Source of the DNA: Camelus dromedarius
Lineage: Eukaryota
Length of the DNA stretch: 64,000 nucleotides
Assembly (NCBI RefSeq): GCF_036321535.1
Contig: NC_087436.1
Span: forward strand, 61,010,001-61,074,000
Reading direction: 5' to 3'
A program made the translations under genes and the position numbers. How positions within the stretch are numbered: position 1 is the first letter of the stretch; the number at the start of each line of letters is the position of its first letter. Positions 37,656-50,286 of the stretch are shown here, one piece after another. The notes under the pieces are model-generated. The model had not been told where the DNA came from and made no database searches. It was given only the letters and a program-made list of their open reading frames with translations.

Positions 37656-39637
37656 GGCGACGAGAGCGTGGCCGCCTCGCCCGCGCCGCCTCTCCCGGGA
37701 CCGCGGCGCTCGAGCGCGCCCCTGCTGGCGGGGCCGGGCCGGGCAGCCGCGGGGCAGCCACGGGGGTGGGGGCCTCTGGGTCTCAGGGCTCCGAACGCAC
37801 CTCGCCGGCTCCTGCTCGGCCCCTGCTCCCGAGGGCTGCAACCCCAGTCCTTGGGGGATCGCCCGCAGTGAGAACGGCTCCCTCACCCTCTGGTCCCTCG
37901 CCTTTCCCAGTCGGAATATTTATACTTCTTAACAACTTTGAGATGACCCCACGTTTAATCCATTAAATTCTCCGCGGGTCTGGGAGACCTGAAAACTGAT
38001 TACTTTGTGGTTTGGGAAGCTCTTTTAAGAACAGTTCGTTTTTCAAACCCCCCATGGGGATTTTGTGTCCCCGCTGGCCACCGGCCCGGTGTGGTCATGG
38101 GTGCCAAGCTAAAAGGACAAATGGTTCGTAACCAGTCCTCTTTTTGGAACCTCATAACTGCCTCCTCCCTCTGTGCTTTCTTATGCCAAGTCAAGTTTTA
38201 AGTGTAAGTGTGAGTACCAGAATCCATGCGAGAGCTGGTCATCGTCCTCAATTTATAATAAACGGTGCTGGACCTCCATCAAACCTCTCCGGAGAACTAA
38301 GCCCACCTGGGGGTGCCATGGAGACCCCCTAAAGTTCCTCAATTTTCATTGGTAATCCCGTGAGGTTTTTAATATAAGCAACTGACAATTCCTCCTCAGT
38401 CTTTCTGTAAAGTACTCTGCAAACTCAATTTCAGAGCCTTTTCCCAAGAATATTGGCCCTTTGAGTCCCTTCTATCCAGACTTTTAAGTTATTTTCATTT
38501 TTATTGAACATACAACACTGAAGTGTGCATAATTCTGCATGTTGCATTTTAGTTCTTTGAGTTCTTTTTTCTTAGCATAGATCCAAGGATTTATAGGATT
38601 GCTAACTCAAAGTGTGGTTCTCAATGCCACCAGCAGTTTAGAAATGTCACTCTCACCAGAGTCTTCCTAGGATAATTATTATAAACTTTTTTGAAAATTA
38701 AATAATCACAAAATTCAGAGAATAAAAAACCAAGCTGATTTTTGGCCTCTCCTTATCATAGCACTTTTCTCTCCTAGAAAAGTGGCACTTTTTTTTAAAA
38801 AGGTCATATGTTAACATGAAAATTGTTTATAAAACAATGAAAAGTCCTTAGAGCAGAGTTTTCCTAAATATTCTTGCCTTTGTCCCTCAGTGAGAGTTTA
38901 CATGACCTGGTGTACAGTCCCAAATTGAGACAAATGCAGAGTGCACTCTGATTTTACCTATTCTATTTCAGTGTATTAATTCACTAGTCAAGGTCTACTA
39001 AGTTTATATCATGACCAGCTTTGACTATCTGTTATAGTTTTAGGCTCTCAAGAACCCGAGACAAGGACTATTCCAGTGCCGGTAGTTTACTAGAGAGGTC
39101 ATGTCTACACCACTTCTGGGGCAGAGGCGTAGGGAGTGAGCAGGAAGGGAAGACAGCCAATAAAGATGCTTATCAAGTCAGCTCTCGGCAGGGTGGGCTC
39201 TGTAGCCAGACGAAGCCCTCAAGGCTCTACAGAGCTTTGTGTGGGGGAGGGTGGGGGGATGGGGGCAGCCACTGACAGCAGTTGCATCACTGGTGGTATA
39301 TCCTATAGAGTTTTTCAAACCCTGTGTTGGAGCCAGCAGTAAGAATGCAAGCACATGGTACAGTAGAGTCCCTTTGCATGGGCTCCTCACTGCCCAGCAA
39401 GTAGAAGAGCAAGCAGGGTCTTATCACTGAAGGGGGTACCTGGGCTGTGTGTGATGGCACCAATCTGGAGAACTTGAAAATAGGAAGAGATGTGGTTATT
39501 CAGAAGAAGGAGAAAAGGCAGGAAAATGGAGCCTTTACATAGAAAACTGAAAACTCCCTCCTTCCAAGAAAGAAAATATTGTCACCCATTCAGCTTTAGT
39601 TCTGGTGAGACGAAGATCTGAGATGTGGAGACAGGAT

Positions 39638-40378
39638 ATGTTATCCGCAAATAGAGAGAATTTTACTTCTTCCTGTTTAATCTGGCTGCCCTTTATTTCC
39701 TTTTCTTGCCTGATTGCCCTGGTTAGAACTACTGATGTAACGTGGCATAGAAGTGGTGAGAGTGGGCTTCCTTGCCTTGTTCCTGACCTTAGAGGGAAAG
39801 CTTTCGGTCTGTCACCATTTGGTAAGATGGTAGCTGTGGGTTTTCCACAGATGGTCTTATTAGCTTGAGGAAATTACTTTCTATTTCCAGTGTGCTGAAT
39901 GCTTTTATCATGAAGAAGTATTGTATTTTGTCAAATGCCTTTTTTGCATCTATTGAGATGATCATAAAGATGTATTTTATTCTGTTGATATGTTGTATTA
40001 TGTTAATTGATTTTTGAATGTTAAACCAAACTTGCATTCCTGGGCGAGATCCCACTCGGTCATGATGTCTGATCCTTTTTGACATGTTTGTAGATGTGAT
40101 TTGCTAATATTTTGCTGAGGGTTTTTACATCTATATTCATAAGAGACATTGGACTGTAGTTTTCTTGTGATGTCTTTGGTTTTTGCATCAGGGTAATAGT
40201 GGGTTCTTAGGACGAGTTAGAAAGTGTTTCCTTACCTTCTGCTTTTTTGAGAGAGTTTGTGAAGAATTGATTTCTTCTTCATATGTTTAGTAAACTTCAC
40301 CAGTGAAGCCATCTGGGCCTGGGCTTTTCTTCGTGGGAATTGTTTGGTTATTAATTCAATCTCTATTTGTTATAGGTC
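39638..40378 (-). mobile_element. L1 ORF2 (RT domain) internal fragment
   Basis: Peptide PGMQVWFNIQKSINIIQHINR...MIISIDAKKAFDKIQ. Confidence 0.92.
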
Positions 40379-40507
40379 TGTGTTAGTTTGCTCAGGCTGC
40401 CACAACAAAATACCACAGGCTGGGTGGCTTAAACAACAGAAGTTTATTTTCTCACAGCTCTGGAGAGTGGAAGTCTAAGATCAAGGTGCCAGCAGGGTTG
40501 GTTTCCT
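40379..40507 (+). mobile_element. MaLR (MLT1) LTR terminal fragment
   Basis: 'tgtgttagtttgctcaggctgccacaacaaaataccacaggctgggtggcttaaacaacaga...aagatcaaggtgccagcagg'. Confidence 0.75.
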
Positions 40508-40898
40508 TGAGGGTCATAAGAGCAAGATCCTCCCCACTTCAGACAAGGTGCCACCCACAAAATACGAAGAACCCTCCTTCCTTCACTAAACAGGACTGCT
40601 ACTTTAGCAACTGTAGCTTTATATTAATCAAGTCCACCTTCCCTGTAGATATTAAGATTCATTGAGATACTCAGTCACAGAATTCACCCCATCTAGAGTA
40701 AGCCCCTCCTTCCTTAGACCTTTCCCAGAATTACTCATCCACAGCCCAAATCCCATAATTGTTTTCTTTCCAACACTCTTACTGAGACACCCAACAGTTC
40801 CATATGGAGTCTATTGTCTCTTGCTACAATGAGTAATAAACCCAACTTCTTTGACTACAGGTGTGTTCCTGGTGGTCTTTGGATGATGGACAGTGACA
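40508..40898 (+). mobile_element. Probable ERV LTR fragment adjoining the MLT1
   Basis: LTR-like U3/R with AATAAA (~40835) and a 3' end '...ggtggtctttgg...gtgaca'; no clear TSD. Confidence 0.5.
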
Positions 40899-42363
40899 CA
40901 TGAGAGATTTGCCCCCCAGCTCCTTCTCTTCTGTCCTACTTCAGCTCAGCATTCCCCTGCCCTAACCATAGTACACTCCAATACCCTTTGCTGATGGGTC
41001 CTTGTACCTGGCAAGGACCCGTCTTGGTGGGACATCTGCAAGACTTCTCAAGCCAGCAAACTTCAGTGGCATCTTGGGAACTCGTGGTGCCACCCAGCCT
41101 GCCCTGCTGTGTCCCTCTGTGCCTGGCCTTCCCAGCAGATGTCCAACTGGAAAATGGAATGTTTGTCTCCCTTTGCTGAAAACATCACAAATATGTTGGT
41201 TTCTCCCCCATCACTTGGCTCCTTTGTGTGGGTAGCCAGGACAGGCATGGGAGTGGAGAAAACCCCTGCATCCTCCGGGAGGCTCTTTCTTGCCCCAGCC
41301 TCCTTACATGGAGTAGGGGTTAATTTGTTGGGCAGGGGTGATGGAGGCAGGGCCATCTAGCACTGAGGAACATTCTGCTTCAGTTCTTGGTGGCTCTTTT
41401 AGAATGTGGAGACACATCACACCTGTAGTTTTGGCTTCTAGTGTCATTTTCAGGCTAGGGAAAAGTTGTTCTATTCAACTGCCTGTTACAGTAGTTATCT
41501 ATTATCTTTATCATCATCTCATTTTTTATCTCCTCTCCTGCTTCCTTCTTCATCACCATCAGTAAGCAGATTGTCAGATGGTGGGGTGACAGGTAGATGA
41601 TCAGCCCAGCCCAGATAAACAGCATGTAGAAAGGAATGAAGCCAGTGGAAACCATTTTGGCGCATTCCAGCAAACAGAAAAAGTCCAGCACAGCGTGAGC
41701 AAGGTGTGTTTGGAGAGAAATGGGGAGAAATCAGTCTGGAGAGAGTGCAGATGTCAGGTGACCAAAGGCTTCGCAATTCACACCCAGGACTCTGGACTGG
41801 AGCTTATAGTTGACAGGATGCAGGGGAGAGGCGAGATCAGGTTTGCAGTGTAGGAAGGTCGATACAGTGGAGGGAAATGGATTCAAATGGAGATGGACTG
41901 GAGGGCATGTAATTTTCTCAGTGCAGGGGCTGCCCTTAGCCTCTCCAGTGCCTTTCTGTGAATTAAAAAAAAAAGCACCCCCAGGGGGCAGATGCCATGC
42001 AGAGGGTGCAAGACTTGGTAAGCAGTTGGAGCCTTATCCAAGAAGAAGCAACCTCTTTCTCCAGAGTAGAGGACCTAGCCTCCCCCAAGTTGCATGGCCT
42101 GGCAGGTGGAGGGAGGGCTGAGTTTCGGCCTCGCTTCCTGGGCTGGGTGCCCTTGCATAGTGTGCAAACTATACAACCTTACAGGGAAGCTCAATCTGGT
42201 GCCAACAGTGCATCTGGTACAGAATTGGCCCTCAATTAAGAAGTTTAAAAAGTAAATGGACCAAAGGGAAGCAGCTATTACTGTCCATTACTGCCAACTA
42301 CTACTGCTCTCCAGGCAGGAATGCATGAGAGCTTGAAGTAAGTTGTGGCAATAGGATGGGAGG

Positions 42364-42493
42364 AGGTGGACCATATCATTTCTTGTCCTTCTGGGACAAT
42401 TTTATCAGCAAAAGGGGGCACTGTTCATAATTATGCTGGGACAACAGGCATAAATCAAGATTATCCTTGACAACAGGGACATGTGGTCACCCT
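42364..42493 (+). mobile_element. hAT-Blackjack MITE (MER94-like)
   Basis: TIRs aggtggaccatat...atgtggtcaccct and internal 'aaagggggcactg...ataattatgctgggacaacaggcataaa'. Confidence 0.7.
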
Positions 42494-42637
42494 AAACAGA
42501 GGGGAAGGGATGACTGAGAGATCTTTAAGAAGTAGAATATACAGGCTTTAGGAAGCAACTCACTGTGAGAGGAAGTCAAGAGAAACCTCGACCTTTCTTG
42601 CGTCGGAGACGGGTGAAAGCTGCTGCGAAAGCAGGTT

Positions 42638-43261
42638 TGTTTGGAACCAAACTTGGGTTCACTCCCCTGCACGCAATAAAGCCAATCTACTGACAACTGG
42701 GTGGTGGTGAAGAGAAGTGTTGTGTTTATTGCAGGTGCCAAGCAAGGAGTCAGGTAGCTAGTGCTTAAAAGACCTGAGCTCCCGGATGACTTTTTAAAGA
42801 CAGGATGAGGGAGGGAGGTTGTGGGCAGCATGATCAGCTCGTGGACATTCTTCTGATTGGTTGGTGGTGAGGAAATTGGGAGTCAACATCAGCAACCTGG
42901 TTTCAGCTGGTCTGAGGTCTACATGCTAGTAGGTGGCATGCAGTTAACTTCTTCCACCTGGTGGGGGTTTCAGTCTGCAAAACAGTGCAAAGGACATGGC
43001 TCAGAATATTATCCATAGCCCTTGAAGAGGAACTAAAGGTCCTTGACTTTGAGTAATGGCTAAAGTATTACTGTTTTGGCTGCTTGATTGACTGTTTTCC
43101 TTTCTTTCTACATTTTCTCACTTCTCTGATTAAATTTATTCTTTGGAACTTGGGGAATGCCTAGGAAGCTAAAGTTTTTCTACAGACAAGAGGCAGGCGG
43201 AGGACATGGGGAGGAGGGTAGTCTTTCCTGAGAAGGCCCCATAGGGTCCTGCCCAGTAACA
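42638..43261 (-). mobile_element. Solo LTR, ERV1-type
   Basis: TGTT...AACA termini, 4-bp TSD GGTT (42634-42637 / 43262-43265), and a minus-strand poly(A) signal (tttatt, ~42725). Confidence 0.82.
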
Positions 43262-46200
43262 GGTTTGTGTTGGGGGAAGGTGACCAACTTGATTTTGGAC
43301 ATGCTGATTCTTAATAAAACTGGGTCTATCCTTTTTGGACAGTTCTAGAAAGGGAAGGGGGTGATTCCCTGGTACTCACAGCACATTGCTATAGAGACAC
43401 TGTAGGGCTCAGACTTAGAACAAGCCCTTGTTGTTTGTTCTCTCTCGGTGTGAAGTCCCTCAATGATAAAATCTTACTGTTTAATAAAGGACAGAAACTG
43501 ATTTCTTATCAGCTTTCTGTATCTGATCTCTTAAAAGAGCTACAGCTATGCTGGGAAACAGCTAATGATATAATTGAAAAGGCATTAATAGCCTATAAAA
43601 TTCAATATTAGAGGCAGAACTTGAAGGACTCTCCAGAGGTCACTTAAAGCTAGGTGACGCTGGACTGTGCCTCTAGGCCTGATCGTAAGTCATCAGGGCA
43701 CAGCGATAACTGAGAACTCTGAGCGATTACTGAGAAAGATGGTCTCGCTTGTATTCTGCTCTTTTATTTGACAGTCTTTCAAGATTTCAGAAGGTCACTA
43801 AATAATAAGCCAACTTCCAAATATACACAGTTGCAAAGAAAATTTAGGCTTAAGCTGTGATCTTTGCTAGAGCAGATATGTCACGTGAGGCTGTTAAACC
43901 TCTAGGGACTTAAAAATTCATTTTACACTTTAACTTTGAATTAACACAGACTTTTTACTTTACATTCCTCTATAAAATAAATTAAAGAGCATTGCTTCTG
44001 GTGACAACACGTAGGAAGAAATCTCTTTGGGTTATTCCATAATTAGGCTCCATCCTTTTTTGTTATGGGGGAAATGATATGATCATTTGGTGGTAAATGA
44101 TGCGATGCCCCCGTATTAATCTTCCATCTGCTCCATTATTCACCTTGGCAAAGTAGAAAAATAAAAAACAAAAAATGGCTCCTCATCGTTGTAAGAAGCC
44201 TGAGAGAACATCAAACCAGAAGGAATAAGACATTTTCAGGGAATAAGTAGTTCAGTCACAAATGTACCTGTGAGTAAAACTGTGTTCATGAAGGTGTTTC
44301 ATAGGTGTCTTTGAAAGTTTGTGAGGATGTTTATGCTGAGAGCATTGATTCCTTCCCTCTGAACAGATGGTCAGCTAGGATGTTAAGACGTTGAGTAGTA
44401 TTTTCTTTCACTGATGCTGTTTTTTTAAGCTTGGTAAGGGATTAGAGTAACAGCATTCCTTTCACTGATGCTAAAGATTCACTTTTTTAAAAGCTGATAC
44501 CCGAAGGACATGATTGTTGCCTTATTTACTTCTGCCATGTAGCTACCTAGCTGGTGTGTCAGCTTCTTAGGTCAATAAAAAGCTAATGCCAGTATTGTCA
44601 AAATCCACAGCTATCAAGGTTCAAATTCAAATCCCTTCATGCCAAGCCACCTCCCCCATTAGTGCCGCCTCATAACATTCATGTTTAATAAAATTGCTTG
44701 CTTTTTGAGAGAAATGGTGATGTGCCGGAACAGAGGGAATACTGGAGAAATGTAAGCCCCTCTTCTTTTTGATTCTTGTTGAGTGGAATTCTCTCAGGTC
44801 ATTTTAGTATATTCCCATGCCTTCTTGAGCAGTAACATTATTAGGTTTTCTCCAAAGTTTAAAGGTGAACATTTTGTCCTCAAAAATGTCCTGAAAGCCC
44901 ACGAAATGCACTGGCGGTTGGCTTGAAAGTCAAGGTCTTTGTGGGCAGAGGAGGTTCCCCAGTGATTTTGTTACTGCAGAAAAAGTGACTTGGGGATGAA
45001 GTAGTCAAGAAAGGTGACAGAGGATACAACTTTAAGAGAAAGGACCTAGCGTCTCCTTGGCCCTCAGTGAAATCTCGGTGAGTGGTCCCAGGTCTCAGGA
45101 ATCGGGTAGCAGCTTAGCACATGGCAGGGGACTTTCGTGGAGGCACAGCCTCCAGGGTGGGAAGCAGACCCTGCTGAGGTGTCCTGGTGGACATGCAGTG
45201 AGTGCTAGGAGGGGCTTCATGGTGGCAATGGCGTGGCTGTGGGAAGAACCGTCCACCTCTTTAGCCATGACAATGAGGTGATGGACATTCCAGAGTCCAG
45301 AAGAGTGGCTTACTGTGGGAAAGTGACACCTTCCAATTCCATGTGCCTCTCAGAAATTGTCTAAGTCTTTTGAGGTCACATTCTTAATGTAATTCTATAC
45401 CACTAGCATTTGCAAGAAGAGCTCATTGGGGGCAGAATTAAAGCCATTATCAGGTATAACTGCATTAAACCAATTAGAACATTTAATATTCTTCATCTGG
45501 GCTTCTTGAAACAGCTCTGGTCAATAGAGGGTTTATACTCAAATAAATACTGATTTACCACCCCCAGTTGATGAGAAGAATGCTGGACTTATATCTTTCT
45601 TTATAAGGCACTTTAAGACCTGTCCTCCAGCTGCATCACTTGACCCTTTCCTTTTGACCTCCCTGATCTGCCAGACTGAAACACTTCTTTTCCCTGGACG
45701 TGCCATCCTTGCTAGACTTCCCGTGTGCTGTTTCTTCTTTCTGGAAGTCGGAGAGACTGAGCATTCACCTCCTTCCCAAGACCCTGTTTTTCTCTCTCTG
45801 ATGGAACTCTGCCTCCTTTGCCTGTTTCCCTTCTGGGAGTTGAGCTTCTGAACCCCAGCCGAGTCTGGACTCCCGCCTTTTGTGGCCAGGTTTGTCTGAG
45901 ACCCCCCTGCCCATGGCAACCTCTGCGTTGTCTGCTCCAGAAAGTTAGTTCCTTCCTGCTGGGCCTCCTGCTGGACTCTTGTCTGTCGTATTCTCCACAC
46001 CCTGGAGCTGCATTCCCCCACAGCATCTCTTGCCCACAGAGCTTCCTTCCTTCCAGTAAGCACATCACATGCCAGCTTCTGGCCTTTCCCAGTCCATCCA
46101 TCCTGCCTTTACGAAGCCCTTTCTCTTTCCCTTGGGGCTTTCAGGATAGGAGGAAAAATAAATTCAGAATGGGCTCATTTGGAATTTGGCTGTCAGAATC

Positions 46201-46684
46201 TTCTCTTCTTTTGGGGTCTATTTTCTAAAGCATTCGGGTCTCAGAGGGGATGAAAACCTTTCTCAAAGGGCTAAGGCGTTCTGCTCTGACCCCCAGAGGA
46301 TCCTTGCTCCTCCTTCAGGTCTCAGCTCAGACATTGCTTATGGGAAGAATCTTCTCTAACCCTCAGGTCTAGCGGAGGGGCCCCACATGGGTTCATTCTC
46401 CATCTTAGCTTCACGGCACTGAATCCCACAAGCAGACTGTGCAAACTTAAGGATAAAGACTGGCTTTAACAACTGACTTACGACTATTGCTCTATCTCCA
46501 GCACTCAGCCCAACAGGAGCACGCATGCTTGCATGAATGAATGAATGAAAACTCTGTACATGTCCCTCTGCTTAGCTCTCTGTTGTCTCAGACATATCAG
46601 TTACCATACATTCTTCAGACTATTTGGGGGGTGGGGTGGGAATCGCTTTCTTCTCTTTTTCCAGTTTCCAGCGTGTTCTAGCTT

Positions 46685-46845
46685 ACCTTGAGTAAGTAAC
46701 TTAACCTCTCTGTGCCTCAGTTTTCCTATCTATAATGTGAGGATGAGTCATACCCACCTTACAAGGTTGTAGGGGCATTAAACGAGCTAGCACACATAGA
46801 GCACTTTGAACAGTGCTTGGGGCCAACCTTCAATAGATGTTATTG
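46685..46845 (+). mobile_element. MIR SINE
   Basis: 'aagtaacttaacctctctgtgcctcagttttcctatctataatg'. Confidence 0.8.
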
Positions 46846-48157
46846 TTCAGTTATTTCCTGTGCGTTCCTTCCTGTTTTCACAGGATTGCTGAACCAATGA
46901 TTTGGTCAAAACTGATAGAATAAAATATTGGTGGACATTTTCCTCTCACTAGGTTGTGGCGAATTATGTAAACACAGCTTCATTTTTCTTTGTCTTTGCT
47001 TTTCCATTTGACACCTCCGTGTCTTTGGAAGGACTCGGGGTACTGAGGAAGGTGAACAGGTAGCTCTGTTGGTGGCCGTTAGGGCTAAATGTCTTCGCAG
47101 GTCACACTGAGAATATTAGAGATACCTAAGCTTTGATTGAAGTTTGAAAATGTTTCAATAGTTTTACAAGGAGCCCCACCACCACCTCCATTAAAAAAAA
47201 AATAACAACCCTATGTGAACATGGATAAAGTTAAAATGGTACCTGGGACAGAATAGAAACTTGTTTGTGTAGGGCTGGCCTTTCTGGCCCAACTTGCAGG
47301 ACTTACCAGCTGAAACTCTGAGCCATATGCTGATGGGAAGGTCTCTGGGAGAACAGCAGGAACTTCTTTAAAAACACAGCCTCCTCTGCACCCTGGGAGC
47401 TCTTCAGTCTCATGGTTGCTGCTTTAGGACCCACTGAAGTTTGGGGATTTTCCTTCCACATTCCCTTAAGATAAGCGATAAGGTAGAGGTTCCAGGACAT
47501 TAAAGGGTTTTTCTGTTGCTCTTTAATTCTCTATCTCAAAGAATAGAAAATGACGTTTGAATATTCCTCACACTAGCTTCAGCCCCCTGCTGGTGAGATG
47601 CATTTTTTTCCAGAAGGCTAAATATTTCTAGTCCTTCACTTGTAAGGGCAGAGTGGACACAGAGAGGGTTCTGCTCACAAACAGGGGCTGATTCAGAGGG
47701 GTTGGGGTGGGGCTGTTTTTATCCCTTTTTATTACCTCCTAGGTAGCAGAAGTGATGACCAGTGTCAACATCCAACTTGAATTTAATCACCCCATTTGAA
47801 GCAGGTTCATAGTTAAGTCCCCTTCTCCTCTGGAGTAGCAGCATTGAACAGCAAACTGGCACAACTTTTGTGGACAGGTGTCTCCCATGCTCACACAAGC
47901 ATTACATTTTCCACCTGTTTCAGTATTTGTCTTTTTGGAAAAGGTGCTTGCAGATCTCAGTGTAACTTGTTAAATATTCATAAATTCTCAATTCCATCTT
48001 TTCTTCCAGAAATAAGAAATATTATTAATTTCATGCTGAGTATTGCCAGGGCAGGGATGCCTTAGGAATTTGATGAAGCAGAGCCTCAATAAGAAAAGCC
48101 AGTAAATGCTTTGGAAATGTCCTGTCATTCTGGCCTTAATAATGGAGGGGATGGTAG

Positions 48158-48718
48158 TTATATAGTTTTTTACTGCTGCTTAACAAATTAACACAAGTGT
48201 AGCAGTTTGTGGGATTGACTAGGTCCTCTGCCTAGGCTGAAATGGAAGTATGGGCTGGATTGGGTTCTTATCTGGGGGGCCTGGGGGGAGAATCAACTTC
48301 CAAGATCATTTACATTGTTGGCAGAATTTAGTTCCTGTGGTTGTAAGACTGAAGTCCCCACATTTTGCTGGCTATTGGCTGGACAGCTCTCTTTTCCTTT
48401 CCTGTGGTCCCCTCCATGTTCAAGGCCAGCAAAGGCATTGCTGAACCGTTCCAGTGCTTCACATCTCTCTGACTTTCTATTCTACTGTCAGCCAGAGAAT
48501 ACTCTGCCTTCAAAGGGCTCATGTGATTGGACTCGACTCACCTGGATGATCTCCATTTTGATTAACTCAAAGTCAGTTGATCAGTAATAATTTAATTATA
48601 TGCACAAAATCTCTCTTGCCAGGTCATATAACCAGGGGCATGATATCTCATTATTTTTATAGTCCTGGAGATTAGAGTGGGAAATCCTGGATGGTCAGTT
48701 TAGAATTCTGTGTATCAC
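48158..48718 (+). mobile_element. MaLR (MLT1-type) LTR
   Basis: 'tgctgcttaacaaattaacacaa...gttggcagaatttagttcctgtggttgtaagactgaagtcccca...ttagaattctg...atcaca'. Confidence 0.65.
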
Positions 48719-48792
48719 AACTGTCAAGTGTTGTTTTCTGAAATTAAGTCTTCACTGAAGCCAAGCTCTGTGACTTCCATTTCTTGCTTTTT

Positions 48793-48921
48793 GGAGGGAA
48801 AGGGGGTAATTAGATTTGCTTATTATTATTTCTATTTTAGAGGAGGTACTGGGGATTGAAGCCAGGACCTTGTGCATGCTAAGTATGTGCTCTACCACTT
48901 GAGCTATACCCTCCCCCCACC
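48793..48921 (-). mobile_element. tRNA-derived SINE (Vic-1-like)
   Basis: Same head as the 10807 copy (GGGGAGGGTATAGCTCAAGTGGTAGAG...GCTTCAATCCCCAGTACCTCC). TSD TTTCTTGCTTTTT at 48780-48792 / 48922-48934. Confidence 0.88.
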
Positions 48922-50064
48922 TTTCTTGCTTTTTATGTGCCTGTGAATCTCACAGTTTGATGTCTATGCCCTATATCTTATCAGTGGAATTCTTCTTGTG
49001 GTTGAAGGAGGATGCCAGTCTCCCAGGGCACTGATTCCTGGGGCTCATCTGTTGGTTTTGGACTTTGGGATTTGGTGTCCCAAACACCCGTCTTTGCCTG
49101 GACCACACAGGGGGACCTATGAGAAGCGGTTAGCAGTCAACAGAACCAGGGCCAGCCTCCAAACCTGCGTGTTTCAGTGTTACAAGGAAATAAGAAGTTG
49201 CTGCTGTATTCACAGACCAACAATTATCCCATTAAATAACTTGTCAGACCTTGATTTAGCCATTATGAAAGATATTTTGATGAAGAACATCTGGTGTTGT
49301 TTTCAATTAAATGTTGTACCACTAAACTTTGATTAAAAACTGATTTAAAATTTTAATGGCCCCTTCTTTAGAAGATGGCTAAATGCAAAAAAGAAAAATG
49401 TCAGTATTTAAATTGTTTCCCCCCTCCTTTGTTGCTCTATTTTAACTGGATTCCCATTAATGACTGTTTAAAACCCACACAGTTTTGGATGCAGTAAATC
49501 TAGATGCATAAATAAGATTACCATACCAATACTGCTCTTTTCACTCTCTTACTATTGATACCTCTTTTTATTTTTATGCTTTAATTAAATTGAGTATATT
49601 TTATGTTTCAGTTTGCTTCAAAACAACTGCAGTGTGTATAATTGACACTATTTCATCCTTGTTAGAAAGTGCTGAGTTGAATGAAACACCAGTTCCGTTT
49701 CCTTTTACATTTAATCTGTGGAAAAACTAAGACAGAAATAATATGAACTGTATTTCTTTCCCAAGTTGCCCTGATAGGTGAAAATAACTAGTCACCGAGT
49801 AATTACTAATAAAGACTGAAATGAAATCTTTACTGTTAGCATAACTCATATCTATATAAACAGATATTTAGTGGTGTAAGGTAATTTTCCTTAGTAATTT
49901 TTCCCAAATGGTATGTAACAAACAATAAACATTATTGCTATCTATGTACTCCATATATAGCATAAATCTTCAAGCACACAGTTTAATATATTTTTACTTA
50001 AGATATCACGTCTAGCTTAACTATTTTGGCTGGGGAAATGCTATCATGCCGTGTTTCTAAAGAG

Positions 50065-50286
50065 CAGGGCTTGGCAAACTTTTTTGGTAAAGGGTCCCAT
50101 GGGAAATATTTTCAACTTGGCGGGCTCTGTGATCTTGGAACTATACAACTCTGCTGTTGTAGCACAAAAACAGCCAGAGACAATATGTAAACTAATGAAT
50201 GTGGCTGTGTTCCAAGAAAACTTTATTTATAAAAGCAGGTGGTGAGCCCAGGGTTTGACCCATGGGCCATGGTTTGCTGACCTCCT
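50065..50286 (+). mobile_element. hAT-Charlie MITE (MER58A-like)
   Basis: TIRs cagggcttggcaaact...gtttgctgacctcct and internal 'gtggctgtgttccaagaaaactttattta'. Confidence 0.8.

Larger units (their letters stand above)
36880..37900. promoter_or_regulatory. CpG island covering the IGFBP7 promoter, exon 1 and start of intron 1
   Basis: Very high GC and dense CpG (e.g. cgcgcgcgcg, gccgcgggccgcggg) against a CpG-depleted background. Confidence 0.92.

Noticed and set aside
45539..46228. Overlapping 129-174 aa ORFs on both strands
   Set aside because: There is no homology I recognise and no convincing splice context. They are probably chance ORFs, possibly within an old degenerate LTR.
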